Position numbers and translations under genes: made by a program
Shown here: positions 34,855-45,112 of the stretch, piece after piece
Layout: each line of letters opens with the position of its first letter
Position numbering within the stretch: the stretch's first letter is position 1
Notes under the pieces: generated by a model
Database searches by the model: none
Told to the model about the DNA's origin: nothing
What the model saw: the letters and a program-made list of their open reading frames with translations, nothing else
DNA from: Candidatus Saccharimonadales bacterium
GTDB taxonomy: Bacteria > Patescibacteriota > Saccharimonadia > Saccharimonadales > OMJO01
Assembly: GCA_035480035.1 (NCBI GenBank)
Contig: DATIID010000001.1
Location: 457,323 to 521,322 of the forward strand
DNA length: 64,000 bases
Direction of reading: 5' to 3'

Positions 34855-35880
34855 TTATAACAGTTTGGCTTGAGGTTTTGAGCTAGGCTTTTTACCGAGA
34901 TGTTCGTAGGCTTTTGGTGTTACTTTACGGCCACGCGGAGTACGTTCAATCAGACCAATCTGCATCAAATACGGTTCAAAGAAATCCTCAATCGTGCCAC
35001 GCTCTTCAGCTGTCATAGCAGCAATGGTTTCAACACCAACTGGTCCGCCTCGGTAATTATCAATTATGGAGTTTAAAAGCATTCGATCGGCTGAATCCAA
35101 ACCAAGTGAGTCAATTTCCAGTAATGCTAAAGCTCGTTGACTTATGTCGGCGTCAATCATGCCGTCGCCATTCACATCGGCGTAATCGCGCACCCGCTTA
35201 AGTAAGCGGTTAGCAATACGTGGCGTCAACCGAGCCCGAGTAGCTAGAGTTTGGGCCGCTTCAGCTTTAATTTTAACTTTCAAAATTTTGGCTGCCCGCT
35301 CGATTATTTGCTGAATTTCCGTCGGATTATAAAAGTCTAACCGATGAACCATGCCAAAACGGTCTCGCAGTGGTGCTGAAAGTGAGCCGGTACGAGTAGT
35401 AGCACCGATAATGGTAAATTTCGGCAAGTCCAGCCTCAAACTACGAGCACTTGGACCTTTGCCGAGCATGATGTCCAGTTTGAAATCCTCCATCGCACTG
35501 TAGAGAACTTCTTCAACACTACGGTGCAGTCGATGAATTTCATCAATAAATAAAATATCGCCGTCTTGTAAGTTGGTTAGTAAACTGGCAAGATCGCCAG
35601 CTCTTTCAATAGCTGGTCCAGATGTCACCCGAATTTGAGCACCCATTTCATTAGCAATCACGGTCGCCATGGTTGTTTTACCTAGTCCCGGTGGTCCATA
35701 CAGCAAAATGTGATCTAACGGCTCACCACGCTTTTTAGCCGCCGCAATCGCCAATTGTAAATTCTTTTTAATTCGATCTTGGCCAATATAGTTAACAAAA
35801 TCGTGTGGCCGTAGCGTAATTTCTATCTCAGTTTCAACCGGATCATCATTAGTACTACTTGTAATAATCCGCTCAATCAT
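34855..35880 (-). CDS. ruvB: Holliday junction helicase RuvB
   Basis: It has [15 protein letters not shown] and full-length RuvB similarity. Confidence 0.96.
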   Translation of the reverse strand: MIERIITSSTNDDPVETEIEITLRPHDFVNYIGQDRIKKNLQLAIAAAKKRGEPLDHILLYGPPGLGKTTMATVIANEMGAQIRVTSGPAIERAGDLASLLTNLQDGDILFIDEIHRLHRSVEEVLYSAMEDFKLDIMLGKGPSARSLRLDLPKFTIIGATTRTGSLSAPLRDRFGMVHRLDFYNPTEIQQIIERAAKILKVKIKAEAAQTLATRARLTPRIANRLLKRVRDYADVNGDGMIDADISQRALALLEIDSLGLDSADRMLLNSIIDNYRGGPVGVETIAAMTAEERGTIEDFFEPYLMQIGLIERTPRGRKVTPKAYEHLGKKPSSKPQAKLL

Positions 35881-36461
35881 TAAGTGCTGCCTTTCAAAAC
35901 TTGTTTGACTCGTTCCTCAGTGGCTAAAGTGTTATCGACAGTACTTAGCGCTGCCACGGCATCTGGTAGGGTGTAGCCCAAAGCCACTAGTGCTTGGACA
36001 GCTTCGTCTTTTTTAGCGGCACTCTGGCCAGTAAACAAAGCATCAATGGCACCAGTAGTTAATCCGCCGACTTTATCTTTTAGATCGACTACGATTCGTT
36101 CTGTCACGCGCTTACCAACACCACTAGCCGCCTGGATGAATTTAGTATCACCGCCAGCAATCGCAGTTCTAAGTTCGTCAGCCGTACCAACACCTAAAAT
36201 ATTCAAAGCCATTTTCGGACCGACGCCATTAACTTCCATTAACTGCTCAAACAAGTTTTTAGTATTTAAGTCGGTGAAGCCGTAAAGTTCATGTTGATTT
36301 TCGCGGATGTGTTCATGAATGTAGATTTTAGCGGATTGGCCGACGGTCATTTTACTGAAATCCTCATTGGGTACAAGCACACCATAACCCACGCCATTAA
36401 CTTCCAGTACAATTACCTCATTGAGCTTTTCAGCTACCACTCCATTTAATAGCGCAATCAT
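35880..36461 (-). CDS. ruvA: Holliday junction DNA-binding protein RuvA
   Basis: It has MIALLNGVV..., HhH motifs ([23 protein letters not shown]) and a 1-nt overlap with ruvB. Confidence 0.93.
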   Translation of the reverse strand: MIALLNGVVAEKLNEVIVLEVNGVGYGVLVPNEDFSKMTVGQSAKIYIHEHIRENQHELYGFTDLNTKNLFEQLMEVNGVGPKMALNILGVGTADELRTAIAGGDTKFIQAASGVGKRVTERIVVDLKDKVGGLTTGAIDALFTGQSAAKKDEAVQALVALGYTLPDAVAALSTVDNTLATEERVKQVLKGST

Positions 36462-36469
36462 CCGCTATA

Positions 36470-36952
36470 TTATCTCATACTCTGGGCATGGCAGAGCGCT
36501 GTGGCGATGGCATCGGCGCAGTCATCCGGTTTAGGTACTTCTTTCAATCCTAGAATTACCTTAACCATTTCTTGCATCTGTTTTTTGTCAGCGCGGCCGT
36601 AACCAGTTAAAGTCTGTTTGATTTGTAGTGGCGTATATTCATGAATGGTTAAATCAGCTTGTTTACCAGCCAGCAAAACCACACCACGGGCTTGGGCTAC
36701 TGTCATCGCAGTGGTGACATTTTGGGCAAAGAATAATTTTTCAACAGCCATATGGTCGGGTTTAGTTTGGGTAATAATATCTGACAACTCTTCATAAATC
36801 GTCATCAACCGAATAGCATCATCTTCTTTAACAGGCGTACGGATAACGCCGGCGTCAACCAGTTGAGCCTTTCTTTTACTATCAATCTCAATAATCCCAA
36901 AACCTAAGATGCCAGTGCCTGGGTCTATGCCGATTATGCGCATCTTAACCAC
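36470..36952 (-). CDS. ruvC: Holliday junction resolvase RuvC
   Basis: It has MRIIGIDPGT.... ATG 36943 is an alternative start. Confidence 0.92.
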   Translation of the reverse strand: MVKMRIIGIDPGTGILGFGIIEIDSKRKAQLVDAGVIRTPVKEDDAIRLMTIYEELSDIITQTKPDHMAVEKLFFAQNVTTAMTVAQARGVVLLAGKQADLTIHEYTPLQIKQTLTGYGRADKKQMQEMVKVILGLKEVPKPDDCADAIATALCHAQSMR

Positions 36953-37673
36953 CTAGCATTTCTTCTGGAATGTCAAAATTAACATGTGTAGCCGTAACGT
37001 CGTCGGACTCCTCTAAGGCGTCCATCAAACGCATAATTTTACCGGCTGTATTAGCATCGTTAATTTCAATCGTATTGTTAGGCACATAAGTCAGTTCGGC
37101 TTCAACTACCTCAAGACCAGCATCACGCAAATTATCACGAACCTTAGCTAAATCTTTGGGCGAAGTATAAATAATCGATTCTTCACCTTCTTCTTCGACA
37201 TCGTCAGCTCCAGCATCGAGAGCCTGCAACATCAAATCATCACCCGAGCCTTCAACTCGAATAATACCTTTTTGATCAAACTGAAAAACCACGGCACCCT
37301 TTTCAGCAATACTCCCCCCATGCTTGGAAAAGGCTAGTTTTACTTCAGGATAGGTTCGGTTAATATTATCAGTCGCACATTCGACTAAAATGGCTACACC
37401 ACCTGGACCATAACCCTCATACATAACTTCTTGCAACTGTGTGGCATTTTTGTCCTTAACACGATTGATGGCCCGCTCAATATTGGTCATTGGCATGTTG
37501 GCAGCTTTGGCTTTATCAATAGCTAGTCGCAATGAAAAATTAGTGGTTGGGTCAGTACCGGCGCGTGCCGCAATTGCGATTAAATTACCCAGCTTAGTAA
37601 AAATTGCACCACGAGCAGCATCTTTTGCGCCCTTTTGACGTTTGATAGTACTCCACTTGCTGTGACCGCTCAC
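36945..37673 (-). CDS. yebC: YebC/PmpR-family transcriptional regulator
   Basis: It has the MSGHSKWSTIKRQKGAKDAARG signature. Confidence 0.93.
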   Translation of the reverse strand: MSGHSKWSTIKRQKGAKDAARGAIFTKLGNLIAIAARAGTDPTTNFSLRLAIDKAKAANMPMTNIERAINRVKDKNATQLQEVMYEGYGPGGVAILVECATDNINRTYPEVKLAFSKHGGSIAEKGAVVFQFDQKGIIRVEGSGDDLMLQALDAGADDVEEEGEESIIYTSPKDLAKVRDNLRDAGLEVVEAELTYVPNNTIEINDANTAGKIMRLMDALEESDDVTATHVNFDIPEEMLGG

Positions 37674-37688
37674 AAATTCTCCTGAAAT

Positions 37689-39125
37689 TTAGACTTTTAT
37701 ATCTGTTATTGTAGCACGACGGGTGGTTTTATGACCAAGCACTGAACTAATTAATAGAATAGCTCCATATAAAATAAATAGTCCACCAATCGATAAAGTC
37801 TGTTGCCAAAGAGCGTGCGGTATTCGAGCAAGTAAGGCCGCTAGATCTAGCATATAAGTCAGTAATATTTTGGCTGGCCAAGCCAACCAGCTAGCAAGAC
37901 TAGCGAATAGTGCCCCGGCTAATCCCGCAATCAACGAAAGAAACATAGCCAATGGTACTAGTGGCACTACGAGTACGTTAGCCGGCAAAGCCACAATCGA
38001 TAATTGCTTGAAGGTATAAATAATATAAGGCGCAGTCATGATTTGGGCGCATAAACTTTCAATAATTAATAATCCGACCACGCCTCTTGGCTTATCAGCA
38101 AAGAATCGACGATGAATCAATGGTGCCAAAACTAGCACGCCATAAAATGCCAAAAATGATAAATACCAACCGGCATCACTCCAAATATAAAGTGGATTCC
38201 AAAGTGCGGTTATAGCCGCCGTAAAAGTGATAAGTAAAAGGGGTCGGATTTTTCGGCCATAATACCAAGCTACAATGCTGAGTAGACTGACAATGGCAGC
38301 CCGGATAATTGAAGCGCTGAATCCAGTCAACAAAACAAACAAGCCAATTAAAGCCATGGCAATGATGGTTGATTGATATTTTGATCGTTTGCGTAACAGT
38401 CGTCGGACTGCCAAGACAATTATGGTCAAATTGTAACCAGATACGGCAATAATATGAGTCAAGCCGACTGCTGATAAACTATTGCTGGTAGTCTTTGGTA
38501 GTGTGCTTTTTTCGCCGATTAGCAGTCCCATAGCAAAAGAAGCTTGAGGTTCCGGCAAAGCCGATTGCATACCCGAGCGAAACTTCCGTCTTACTGTTTC
38601 AATTGGACTACTACCCTGACCAATAACTTCGATTGTGCCAAAACCTATCCGACCTTGTCTAGAGCCGATGGTACTGCGCAGTTTACCTTCTACTTGAACT
38701 TCATCGCCACGGTAAACAGCATTAACGCCAAAACCCTCAACTTTAAACTTACCCGGAACATCAATTTCTATTGGATCTGAAATACTGATATTACTAACGT
38801 CAAAGCTAACCTGATTTTTTGTGCTATAAACGCCATCATTTTCGGCGACACCAGTTAAAATTACTTGGTGATCGAATAAATCACTAACTGGCACTAGCTG
38901 TTGCTTAATAACTCCGCCTCGCTGATTGCCTAACACCAAACCTAAAATCACCAAGCAAATTAAAGTTATTGCGTTACGTTTTGTCAAAAACAAAACTGTT
39001 AACAAAAATGCTAACCAGGTATAGCTGACTGAAAATAAATCAAATTTATAAGCACTGGCCACACCCAACACTATTGCCACCGAAAAAGCTATAATCAGTG
39101 TCGTCCGTCGATACTGTGTAGCCAT
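37689..39125 (-). CDS. comEC: ComEC/Rec2-family DNA internalisation channel (no C-terminal MBL domain)
   Basis: It has an N-terminal OB-like DUF4131 region and a multi-TM competence domain. At 478 aa it lacks the metallo-beta-lactamase extension. Confidence 0.8.
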   Translation of the reverse strand: MATQYRRTTLIIAFSVAIVLGVASAYKFDLFSVSYTWLAFLLTVLFLTKRNAITLICLVILGLVLGNQRGGVIKQQLVPVSDLFDHQVILTGVAENDGVYSTKNQVSFDVSNISISDPIEIDVPGKFKVEGFGVNAVYRGDEVQVEGKLRSTIGSRQGRIGFGTIEVIGQGSSPIETVRRKFRSGMQSALPEPQASFAMGLLIGEKSTLPKTTSNSLSAVGLTHIIAVSGYNLTIIVLAVRRLLRKRSKYQSTIIAMALIGLFVLLTGFSASIIRAAIVSLLSIVAWYYGRKIRPLLLITFTAAITALWNPLYIWSDAGWYLSFLAFYGVLVLAPLIHRRFFADKPRGVVGLLIIESLCAQIMTAPYIIYTFKQLSIVALPANVLVVPLVPLAMFLSLIAGLAGALFASLASWLAWPAKILLTYMLDLAALLARIPHALWQQTLSIGGLFILYGAILLISSVLGHKTTRRATITDIKV

Positions 39126-39198
39126 ATCAACAATTCTTGTAAGCCAAGCGTATCAGTACCCAGCCAAAATCCAAAGCATGAGCTCTACTACTATAAAT

Positions 39199-39756
39199 TT
39201 ACTGAGCTTTGACTTGCGCAATTAAATAATCTAGCACTTGTTTTTGGTCGGCGGTATTGTACTTGCTAGAAGCACGTATAACAATATTCTCGAATTGATC
39301 CGCGGCACCTGCGTCTAAGTCCGGCCGTCCTTGGAATTGTTTTAGGTAATCCACTCGTTTTGCGGCATCTTCAACAGTAGTATAGACTTCGATCGCGCCG
39401 CCTGAGTCAGCTCCAAATGCGGCTCCATCTGGCGGTGTATTTGTACGTGTATCGTAAAACTCGGCACCAGCAGTATAGTAACCTGTTTTATTCAAGTTAC
39501 CGTTAGGATCTTTGCTCTGGGTGTAAACATATGTTTGTTTTACAGTCGGATACTGCTTTTGCAGACTTACCAGTAAGGCGGCCAGGTCGAGTTGTTTGGT
39601 TGTAGCCGGCTTGGTGGTGGTTTTAGTGGAAGTAGGCTGGGTATTAGTGCTAGTATTCGAAGTCACTTTAATCTTATGTGTGCCAATCTCATAGCCCCCT
39701 ACACCAGTTCCTGCCATAAGCACTAACACTACTATTGTCCAAAAAATTTTTTTCAT
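39199..39756 (-). CDS. secreted hypothetical protein with a Thr-rich linker
   Basis: It has a signal anchor, TSNTSTNTQPTSTKTTTKPATT, and an AAGGAGG SD. Confidence 0.55.
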   Translation of the reverse strand: MKKIFWTIVVLVLMAGTGVGGYEIGTHKIKVTSNTSTNTQPTSTKTTTKPATTKQLDLAALLVSLQKQYPTVKQTYVYTQSKDPNGNLNKTGYYTAGAEFYDTRTNTPPDGAAFGADSGGAIEVYTTVEDAAKRVDYLKQFQGRPDLDAGAADQFENIVIRASSKYNTADQKQVLDYLIAQVKAQ

Positions 39757-39892
39757 ACCTGCCTCCTTGTGTCACCATATTATAAAGCAATTTTGATAAT
39801 TTGCGAGAAGCTGATAAAAAATTCAACGACTGACTGCTTATGCCTAGAGGGGCCAGCTCAGCATGACATCTAAGCCCTAGGCGATATCATAA

Positions 39893-40771
39893 TTAACGCA
39901 TGGCGCCGATGAGAAGACCAATAAAACCTAAGGTTAAACTAGCCCATAACAATTTTTGGTTCTCCTTTTCTTTAAGAATGATTCGTGCTCCCAATGCCAA
40001 TAATGGCAAACCAATTGCACCAATAGCTGTTATTAATGAAATGTTGTTTGAGCCAACTAAAGCCGCCACATAAAATACTCCGCCAAAACCATTGGCCAGA
40101 CCCATTAAAGATGACCATTTTATTTCAGTTTTAGTTAAATTACGCAGGCTAGATTTATTAACATCTTTAAGTGCTAGCAAGGCAATCCCTGCTGATTGGA
40201 TCGGATAACCAAACATTAGGTACGCACCAATTTCCAAATGTCCTAAAGCCGCCTTTTCAGTAACAAGACCAACGGCGCCAAAAAAACAGGCAACCAGTGC
40301 CAAAATAATAGCTCGGCTATGCAAAATCTGTTTCGATTTATGTAACTTTTCGGGCGCTGCGATTGCCAAAACCGCCGCGGTTATTAAAAAGATTGCTCCG
40401 ATTAACTCGTGAATATTGAGTCTCTCATCTAATATTAGCCAGCCCATGGCAATGATCATGATGGATTGAGCACGAGCAATAAGCGTAAATCTAGTTGCCG
40501 ATAGCTGTTTTACGGCCAGAAATGCCAGCCAATTACCAATCGCTGTTGCAGAAGCAATAATTATAAGTAGCAAAACTAACCAACCAGTCCAATGAACATG
40601 GTGTGGCAAAAATAGTCCGGCAATAATACCAAGTGGCGCCACACCAAGTACAAAAGAAATAGCTGGCGGGAAACTTGCTGGGGCTAAAGATTTTTGAGAA
40701 TGATGACGTTTAATTAACGATGTGGCAGTAATAGCTAAGGTTGATATGGTGATAGCAAGTTGCCACGGCAT
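39893..40771 (-). CDS. EamA/DMT-family transporter
   Basis: It has ten predicted TM segments in two EamA-like halves. Confidence 0.7.
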   Translation of the reverse strand: MPWQLAITISTLAITATSLIKRHHSQKSLAPASFPPAISFVLGVAPLGIIAGLFLPHHVHWTGWLVLLLIIIASATAIGNWLAFLAVKQLSATRFTLIARAQSIMIIAMGWLILDERLNIHELIGAIFLITAAVLAIAAPEKLHKSKQILHSRAIILALVACFFGAVGLVTEKAALGHLEIGAYLMFGYPIQSAGIALLALKDVNKSSLRNLTKTEIKWSSLMGLANGFGGVFYVAALVGSNNISLITAIGAIGLPLLALGARIILKEKENQKLLWASLTLGFIGLLIGAMR

Positions 40772-40819
40772 AATCTGAAGTATAACAAAAGACTTCTATA
40801 GAATTTTGAAATGCTAATT

Positions 40820-40895
40820 TGGAGGGCCCAGCGAGGCTCGAACTCGCGACACGCGGCTTAAAAGGCCGCTGCTCTACCAACTGAGCTATGGGCCC
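40820..40895 (-). tRNA. tRNA-Lys (TTT)
   Basis: Reverse complement: GGGCCCA TAGCTCAGTTGGTAGAGC A GCGGC-CTTTTAA-GCCGC ..GCGAGTTCGAGCCTCGC TGGGCCC T CCA. Confidence 0.9.
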
Positions 40896-40909
40896 CCAAA
40901 ACAGGGGTT

Positions 40910-40938
40910 ATTATCTGTTAAATACGAGCTAAAGTCAA
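40910..40938 (-). promoter_or_regulatory. candidate promoter of tRNA-Lys
   Basis: On the minus strand: TTGACT, 17 nt, GATAAT. The -10 ends 14 nt before the tRNA 5' end. Confidence 0.45.
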
Positions 40939-40939
40939 T

Positions 40940-41425
40940 CTATCGACGACGCTTCTTTTTGTCATCATGTGGGCTGAGAGTCAACCAAGCCAATAACAGT
41001 GTCAAGATAGTTGCGGCGGCAATCAGTGCATTTTGTGAGTTATCGGCAGTTTTACCAATTTGATTGGTTAGCAGCTGGTGTTGAATACCACCAGGTAGAT
41101 AACCCATTATAAGCGTCCCAAGAGCCGCGCAAGTGGCCGCTAATGGCAATAAGTGAAAGATGGTTTTTGAGCGTGACATCGATTTACGTAAAAAGAAAAG
41201 TGACAAGACAATCGGTGTTAAAAGTAGACCGAGATTTACATAATTACCAAAGTCTTTGTGCGCAAAAAATGCATTAAGCGCTAGCATCGTGTCGTAAGAA
41301 ACATACTGTGCCAGAATTAAACCAGCCGCCACGCTCATATAAAGATAGATAGAGTTAACGCGCATTAATATTGCTAAGACGAATGGTAAGCCAGCGATTA
41401 TGCCTAAAATGACATAACTATTCAT
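40940..41425 (-). CDS. polytopic membrane protein, unknown function
   Basis: It has five hydrophobic segments and a basic tail DDKKKRRR. Confidence 0.5.
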   Translation of the reverse strand: MNSYVILGIIAGLPFVLAILMRVNSIYLYMSVAAGLILAQYVSYDTMLALNAFFAHKDFGNYVNLGLLLTPIVLSLFFLRKSMSRSKTIFHLLPLAATCAALGTLIMGYLPGGIQHQLLTNQIGKTADNSQNALIAAATILTLLLAWLTLSPHDDKKKRRR

Positions 41426-41451
41426 AGCCCAATCATATCACAAGCTTAATG

Positions 41452-41527
41452 AGACAAACCTGCGGTTTTTCTCATCGCTCGTCGGCAAAGCCGAGTTCGC
41501 AAGCGAACCAAGCTCGCTGCTCTTTTC
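41452..41527. repeat. hairpin-rich intergenic element, copy 2 (possible structured RNA)
   Basis: agacaaacc-tgc-ggtttttct catcgctcg TCGGC-aaa-GCCGA GTTCGC-aa-GCGAAC caagctcgctgctcttttc. Confidence 0.6.
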
Positions 41528-41541
41528 ACTAAATAAATATT

Positions 41542-42447
41542 CTAAGCGCCGACACGGTCGCGACGACGTTTTTTGCTTGCGGCATTTTGTTCAATGTAAT
41601 CCAATATTTTTTCAGCAACGTTACAATCTGTTACTTTCTCAATCGCAAAACCTGGACTGGAATTTACTTCTAATACCAGCGGTCCACGATTACTGCGCAT
41701 CATATCAACACCACAGATTGGTAGTCCCATGGCATGGGCAGCTTTTTGCGCCATCTTGCGTTCGGCATCGGTTAGTTCAACCAGTTTACCCTCACCACCT
41801 TGGTGAATGTTAGAGCGAAAATCGTCGTCCAAACTCTGACGCTGCATGCTGGCAACTACTTCACCGCCGACAACAAAGGCACGAATGTCCGTACCGGCAC
41901 TCTCTTCGATAAATTCTTGAACCAAGAAGTTCACACCCTCAACATAGAAGGCCTGCATCACCGCTTGAGCGGCTTTACGTGTCTCGGCAAGTACCACGCC
42001 GTTACCGTGAGTACCGCGAGCGACTTTAATAATTAGTGGCGCGCCACCAGCTTGCTCAATAAGGTCGTTAACCTCGGCTGTACCACGTGAGAACAAAGTC
42101 TTGGGAATACCAGCGCCGGCACGAGCTAAAATCTGCATGGAACGCAGTTTGTCGCGCGAACGAGTAATAGCAATCGAGCTGGAAGTTGTAAATACGCTTT
42201 GCATTTCAAACTGACGAACGACAGCTGTACCATACTTTGTAACGCTGGCTGCAATCCGTGGAATAATCACGTCAATATCACGCAAAACTTCACCTTCATA
42301 GCGCACCACGGGATGATTTTGCTCCACACTCATATAACATTTGGTGTAATCAATTACCCGAACACTATGGCCACGTTTAATCGCTTCTTTCTTCAAGCGT
42401 CTGGTTGAGTAATTACCTGGTCCTCTGGATAAAATTGCAATGTTCAT
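41542..42447 (-). CDS. rimK: RimK-family alpha-L-glutamate ligase (ATP-grasp)
   Basis: It has MNIAILSRGPGNYSTRRL... and ATP-grasp motifs throughout. Confidence 0.88.
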   Translation of the reverse strand: MNIAILSRGPGNYSTRRLKKEAIKRGHSVRVIDYTKCYMSVEQNHPVVRYEGEVLRDIDVIIPRIAASVTKYGTAVVRQFEMQSVFTTSSSIAITRSRDKLRSMQILARAGAGIPKTLFSRGTAEVNDLIEQAGGAPLIIKVARGTHGNGVVLAETRKAAQAVMQAFYVEGVNFLVQEFIEESAGTDIRAFVVGGEVVASMQRQSLDDDFRSNIHQGGEGKLVELTDAERKMAQKAAHAMGLPICGVDMMRSNRGPLVLEVNSSPGFAIEKVTDCNVAEKILDYIEQNAASKKRRRDRVGA

Positions 42448-42451
42448 ATGC

Positions 42452-42874
42452 TTAATCCTTTACGGCGTTACGATACTGCGTACCTTGGCGTACGTCAACT
42501 ACGAAATTATGCGAGCGTAGGAATTGTCTGCCAATTAATACACCCTTAGTCATACCACTACGATTAGTTAAACTAATGAAAGTGCGGTAGCGTTTGCCAT
42601 TAATTTCCAACGATGTCTGAATAACATAACGCTCTTCTTTATGGCCATTCGAGCTAACCACCCGTTTGCGCCGATAATTGGTAGTTCTGGCTTTATATTC
42701 TGGGTTACCGAGGGCATTAAATACCAAAACCGGTTCGCCTTTTTTATTGACTCGCTCACGAATATCAGTGGCGTGCAAAGCCCCCGAATAAGCACCGGTA
42801 TCAACTTTGGCGATAACATTTTTGACATGTAGCTCTGGCAGGCTTACAATCGCTAACATTCCGAGTGTGTTCAC
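42452..42874 (-). CDS. retropepsin-like 'ATP-dependent zinc protease' family protein (RimB-like partner of RimK)
   Basis: It has an aspartic-protease-type VDTGA motif, is ~140 aa, and lies directly upstream of rimK. Confidence 0.65.
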   Translation of the reverse strand: MNTLGMLAIVSLPELHVKNVIAKVDTGAYSGALHATDIRERVNKKGEPVLVFNALGNPEYKARTTNYRRKRVVSSNGHKEERYVIQTSLEINGKRYRTFISLTNRSGMTKGVLIGRQFLRSHNFVVDVRQGTQYRNAVKD

Positions 42875-42948
42875 CTAATTACCTCTGTTAAATAAATTAT
42901 CGAATTTATGTAAATTATACCACAAAATGACGTTTGTTACAATAGCTT

Positions 42949-43065
42949 TTAGGTTTTGTGTTGGAGGACGCGTATATAGGCAAATACAATCAAAGCTACC
43001 ATTAAAAGTAGAATTGTAATAATAAGTGGAATAAATCCAGCCTCGGCTGAAGGTTTCTTAGCCAT
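42949..43065 (-). CDS. possible 38-aa single-TM micro-protein
   Basis: MAKKPSAEAGFIPLIITILLLMVALIVFAYIRVLQHKT. TACAAT lies 11 nt upstream of the ATG. It is below the ORF-track cutoff. Confidence 0.25.
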   Translation of the reverse strand: MAKKPSAEAGFIPLIITILLLMVALIVFAYIRVLQHKT

Positions 43066-43116
43066 CTTAATTAATTATTGTAGCTCCGACTGCCATAAAC
43101 ACAAGCATAACTATAC

Positions 43117-43968
43117 TTAAGCACTGCGAACAGCGAAGTTCAGAATCTTTTCAACGACTGAATTTTGGGCAACTTTAACCAATGTTTTGTTGTGTTCTAG
43201 AAATCTTAAAGCCCGGCCCTTGCTAGCTTGTAAGGAAGCTTCAAACGATGGACCGGCTTGGTCAGCCGCAAACCATAATAGGGCGTTTCGATTGTTAATA
43301 AACGATTTCCAACTACCAAATAAGTTCTCGTCATCTTCAACCATTTTGGGATCTTTGAAAACGTTATTGCGGACGTGGTCCATTTTGTCATTGTCCTTAT
43401 GACGTGAGCCAGATATCGAACGCATGTCATAACAATCAATCTGACCAACCGGGTGCATCACTTGGAGTTGCTCACCTTTTGGCGTAACCAAGTGCCATGG
43501 TTCATAAGTCTCGGCGGGTACTTCCTGTTCAATTGGACCTAATACGTAGCGATGCACGCCGTTTTCATCGACCGTGCGATGCGACAAAAAATCGGTGAAA
43601 AGCCGTTTAACTCGACCAGCTGAGCTAGCCAACTTTTCATGACGCTCCACACCGAAAACTGACACTTTAAGTTCGCCATTTACTACTTCCTCAACTGATT
43701 GGCGGGCTTCATTAATTCTGTCTTGATCATTGGTTAGCACCAAGATATCGATGTCACGTCTCGTACCGTTATCACGACGAATTGGTAATTCAATACCGCT
43801 GTGGGCCACAATTGTATGGTTGTCATGGTCCATTTCAAAATCACCAGATGTTAATGGCTGCAACGCCATGCCGCCAACGACGTAATAGTCATCAATACCT
43901 CGCTTGCGTAAGTTATCATCGAGCCCTTGAGTTAATTCATAACAGTCAATTTCAGCTGATACAGACAT
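43117..43968 (-). CDS. hypothetical protein, possible nucleotidyltransferase fold
   Basis: VVGGMAL ... RRDIDILVL resembles the hG[GS]...DxD pattern of Pol-beta-type NTases, but with an unusually long insert. The call is weak. Confidence 0.3.
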   Translation of the reverse strand: MSVSAEIDCYELTQGLDDNLRKRGIDDYYVVGGMALQPLTSGDFEMDHDNHTIVAHSGIELPIRRDNGTRRDIDILVLTNDQDRINEARQSVEEVVNGELKVSVFGVERHEKLASSAGRVKRLFTDFLSHRTVDENGVHRYVLGPIEQEVPAETYEPWHLVTPKGEQLQVMHPVGQIDCYDMRSISGSRHKDNDKMDHVRNNVFKDPKMVEDDENLFGSWKSFINNRNALLWFAADQAGPSFEASLQASKGRALRFLEHNKTLVKVAQNSVVEKILNFAVRSA

Positions 43969-44014
43969 AAAAATAACCCTACCACTCTGCTTATTTTACT
44001 GCAAGCACAAGTTG

Positions 44015-45112
44015 TTATTTTTTCCAGAAACCTTTGTCTTCAGAGTTTTTAAAATCCTTGAGTAATTCTTGTTGTGCCTTGGACATTTTGGTTGGAATTT
44101 TAACGTTTAGTGTAACGATATGAGCACCACGACTATCGCCTTTTAAGTGTGGCACGCCATGTCCTGACAATTTGAAGTCAGTGCCACTTTGGGTGCCAGC
44201 CGGTACTTTCATCTTGACAGCGCCATCAACCGTATCGACTTCAATTTCGGTCCCCAGCGCTGCATCAACCATTTCGACAGTTTCCTCACTTAATATCAAA
44301 TCGCCTTCGCGTATAAACTTTTTGTGTGATTTAACCCGGACATTAACATATAGGTCGCCTTTGGGACCGTTGGCAATTGCTTCACCACGCTCTTGCAAAC
44401 GAATCGTAGCACCGTCATCAATACCAGCCGGAATTTTAAGATCAATCTCTTGTTGTTTGCGCTGGGTACCTTTGCCATGACAAACCGTGCACTCTTTTTC
44501 CGGCACTTGTCCACGGCCCTTACAGGTTGGACAAATCGTCGCTTGTTGGATGTTGCCGAAAACAGTCCTAGTGACGTGCATGACCTGGCCGGAGCCTTTA
44601 CAAGTTTCACAGGTTTTTAATTCATGACCAGGTTCAACCGTGGTGCCCTTGCAGTGTTCGCAAGTATCTTCTAAGTTCAGGTTAATGTGAGCTTCAGTAC
44701 CAAATACTGCCTGTTCAAAGCTAATATCTATGGCAGTTTCAACGTTACGACCGCGGGATTGCTGCTGTTGACGCGGTCCGCCACCGCCAAAGAAATTGCT
44801 GAAAATATCGCCTAGACCCAAATCGCCAAAGTCGAAGTGAATTTCTTGGCCCTGACCAAAGCCGCCAAACGGATTGCCACCATCACTCGCGGCGCTGCTA
44901 CCAACACCGGCGTGGCCGAATTGATCATAACGTTGGCGTTTTGACGAATCTTTTAATACTTCATAGGCTTCGTTGATTTCTTTGAATTTTTCCTCATTAC
45001 CACCACGATCCGGATGATGTTCAACCGCGGCTTTTCTGAAAGCTTTTTTAATCTCGTCTGGGCTGGCATTTTTGTCTACTCCCAAAACTTCGTAGTAATC
45101 ACGTTTAGCCAT
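44015..45112 (-). CDS. dnaJ: chaperone DnaJ
   Basis: It has MAKRDYYEVLGV, HPD, a G/F region and four CxxCxGxG repeats. Confidence 0.96.
   Translation of the reverse strand: MAKRDYYEVLGVDKNASPDEIKKAFRKAAVEHHPDRGGNEEKFKEINEAYEVLKDSSKRQRYDQFGHAGVGSSAASDGGNPFGGFGQGQEIHFDFGDLGLGDIFSNFFGGGGPRQQQQSRGRNVETAIDISFEQAVFGTEAHINLNLEDTCEHCKGTTVEPGHELKTCETCKGSGQVMHVTRTVFGNIQQATICPTCKGRGQVPEKECTVCHGKGTQRKQQEIDLKIPAGIDDGATIRLQERGEAIANGPKGDLYVNVRVKSHKKFIREGDLILSEETVEMVDAALGTEIEVDTVDGAVKMKVPAGTQSGTDFKLSGHGVPHLKGDSRGAHIVTLNVKIPTKMSKAQQELLKDFKNSEDKGFWKK

Noticed and set aside
42568-42832. ORFs of 86 aa (minus) and 63 aa (plus) within the RimB-like gene
   Set aside because: They are alternative-frame or antisense ORFs inside a gene with a recognisable family motif and tight coupling to rimK.
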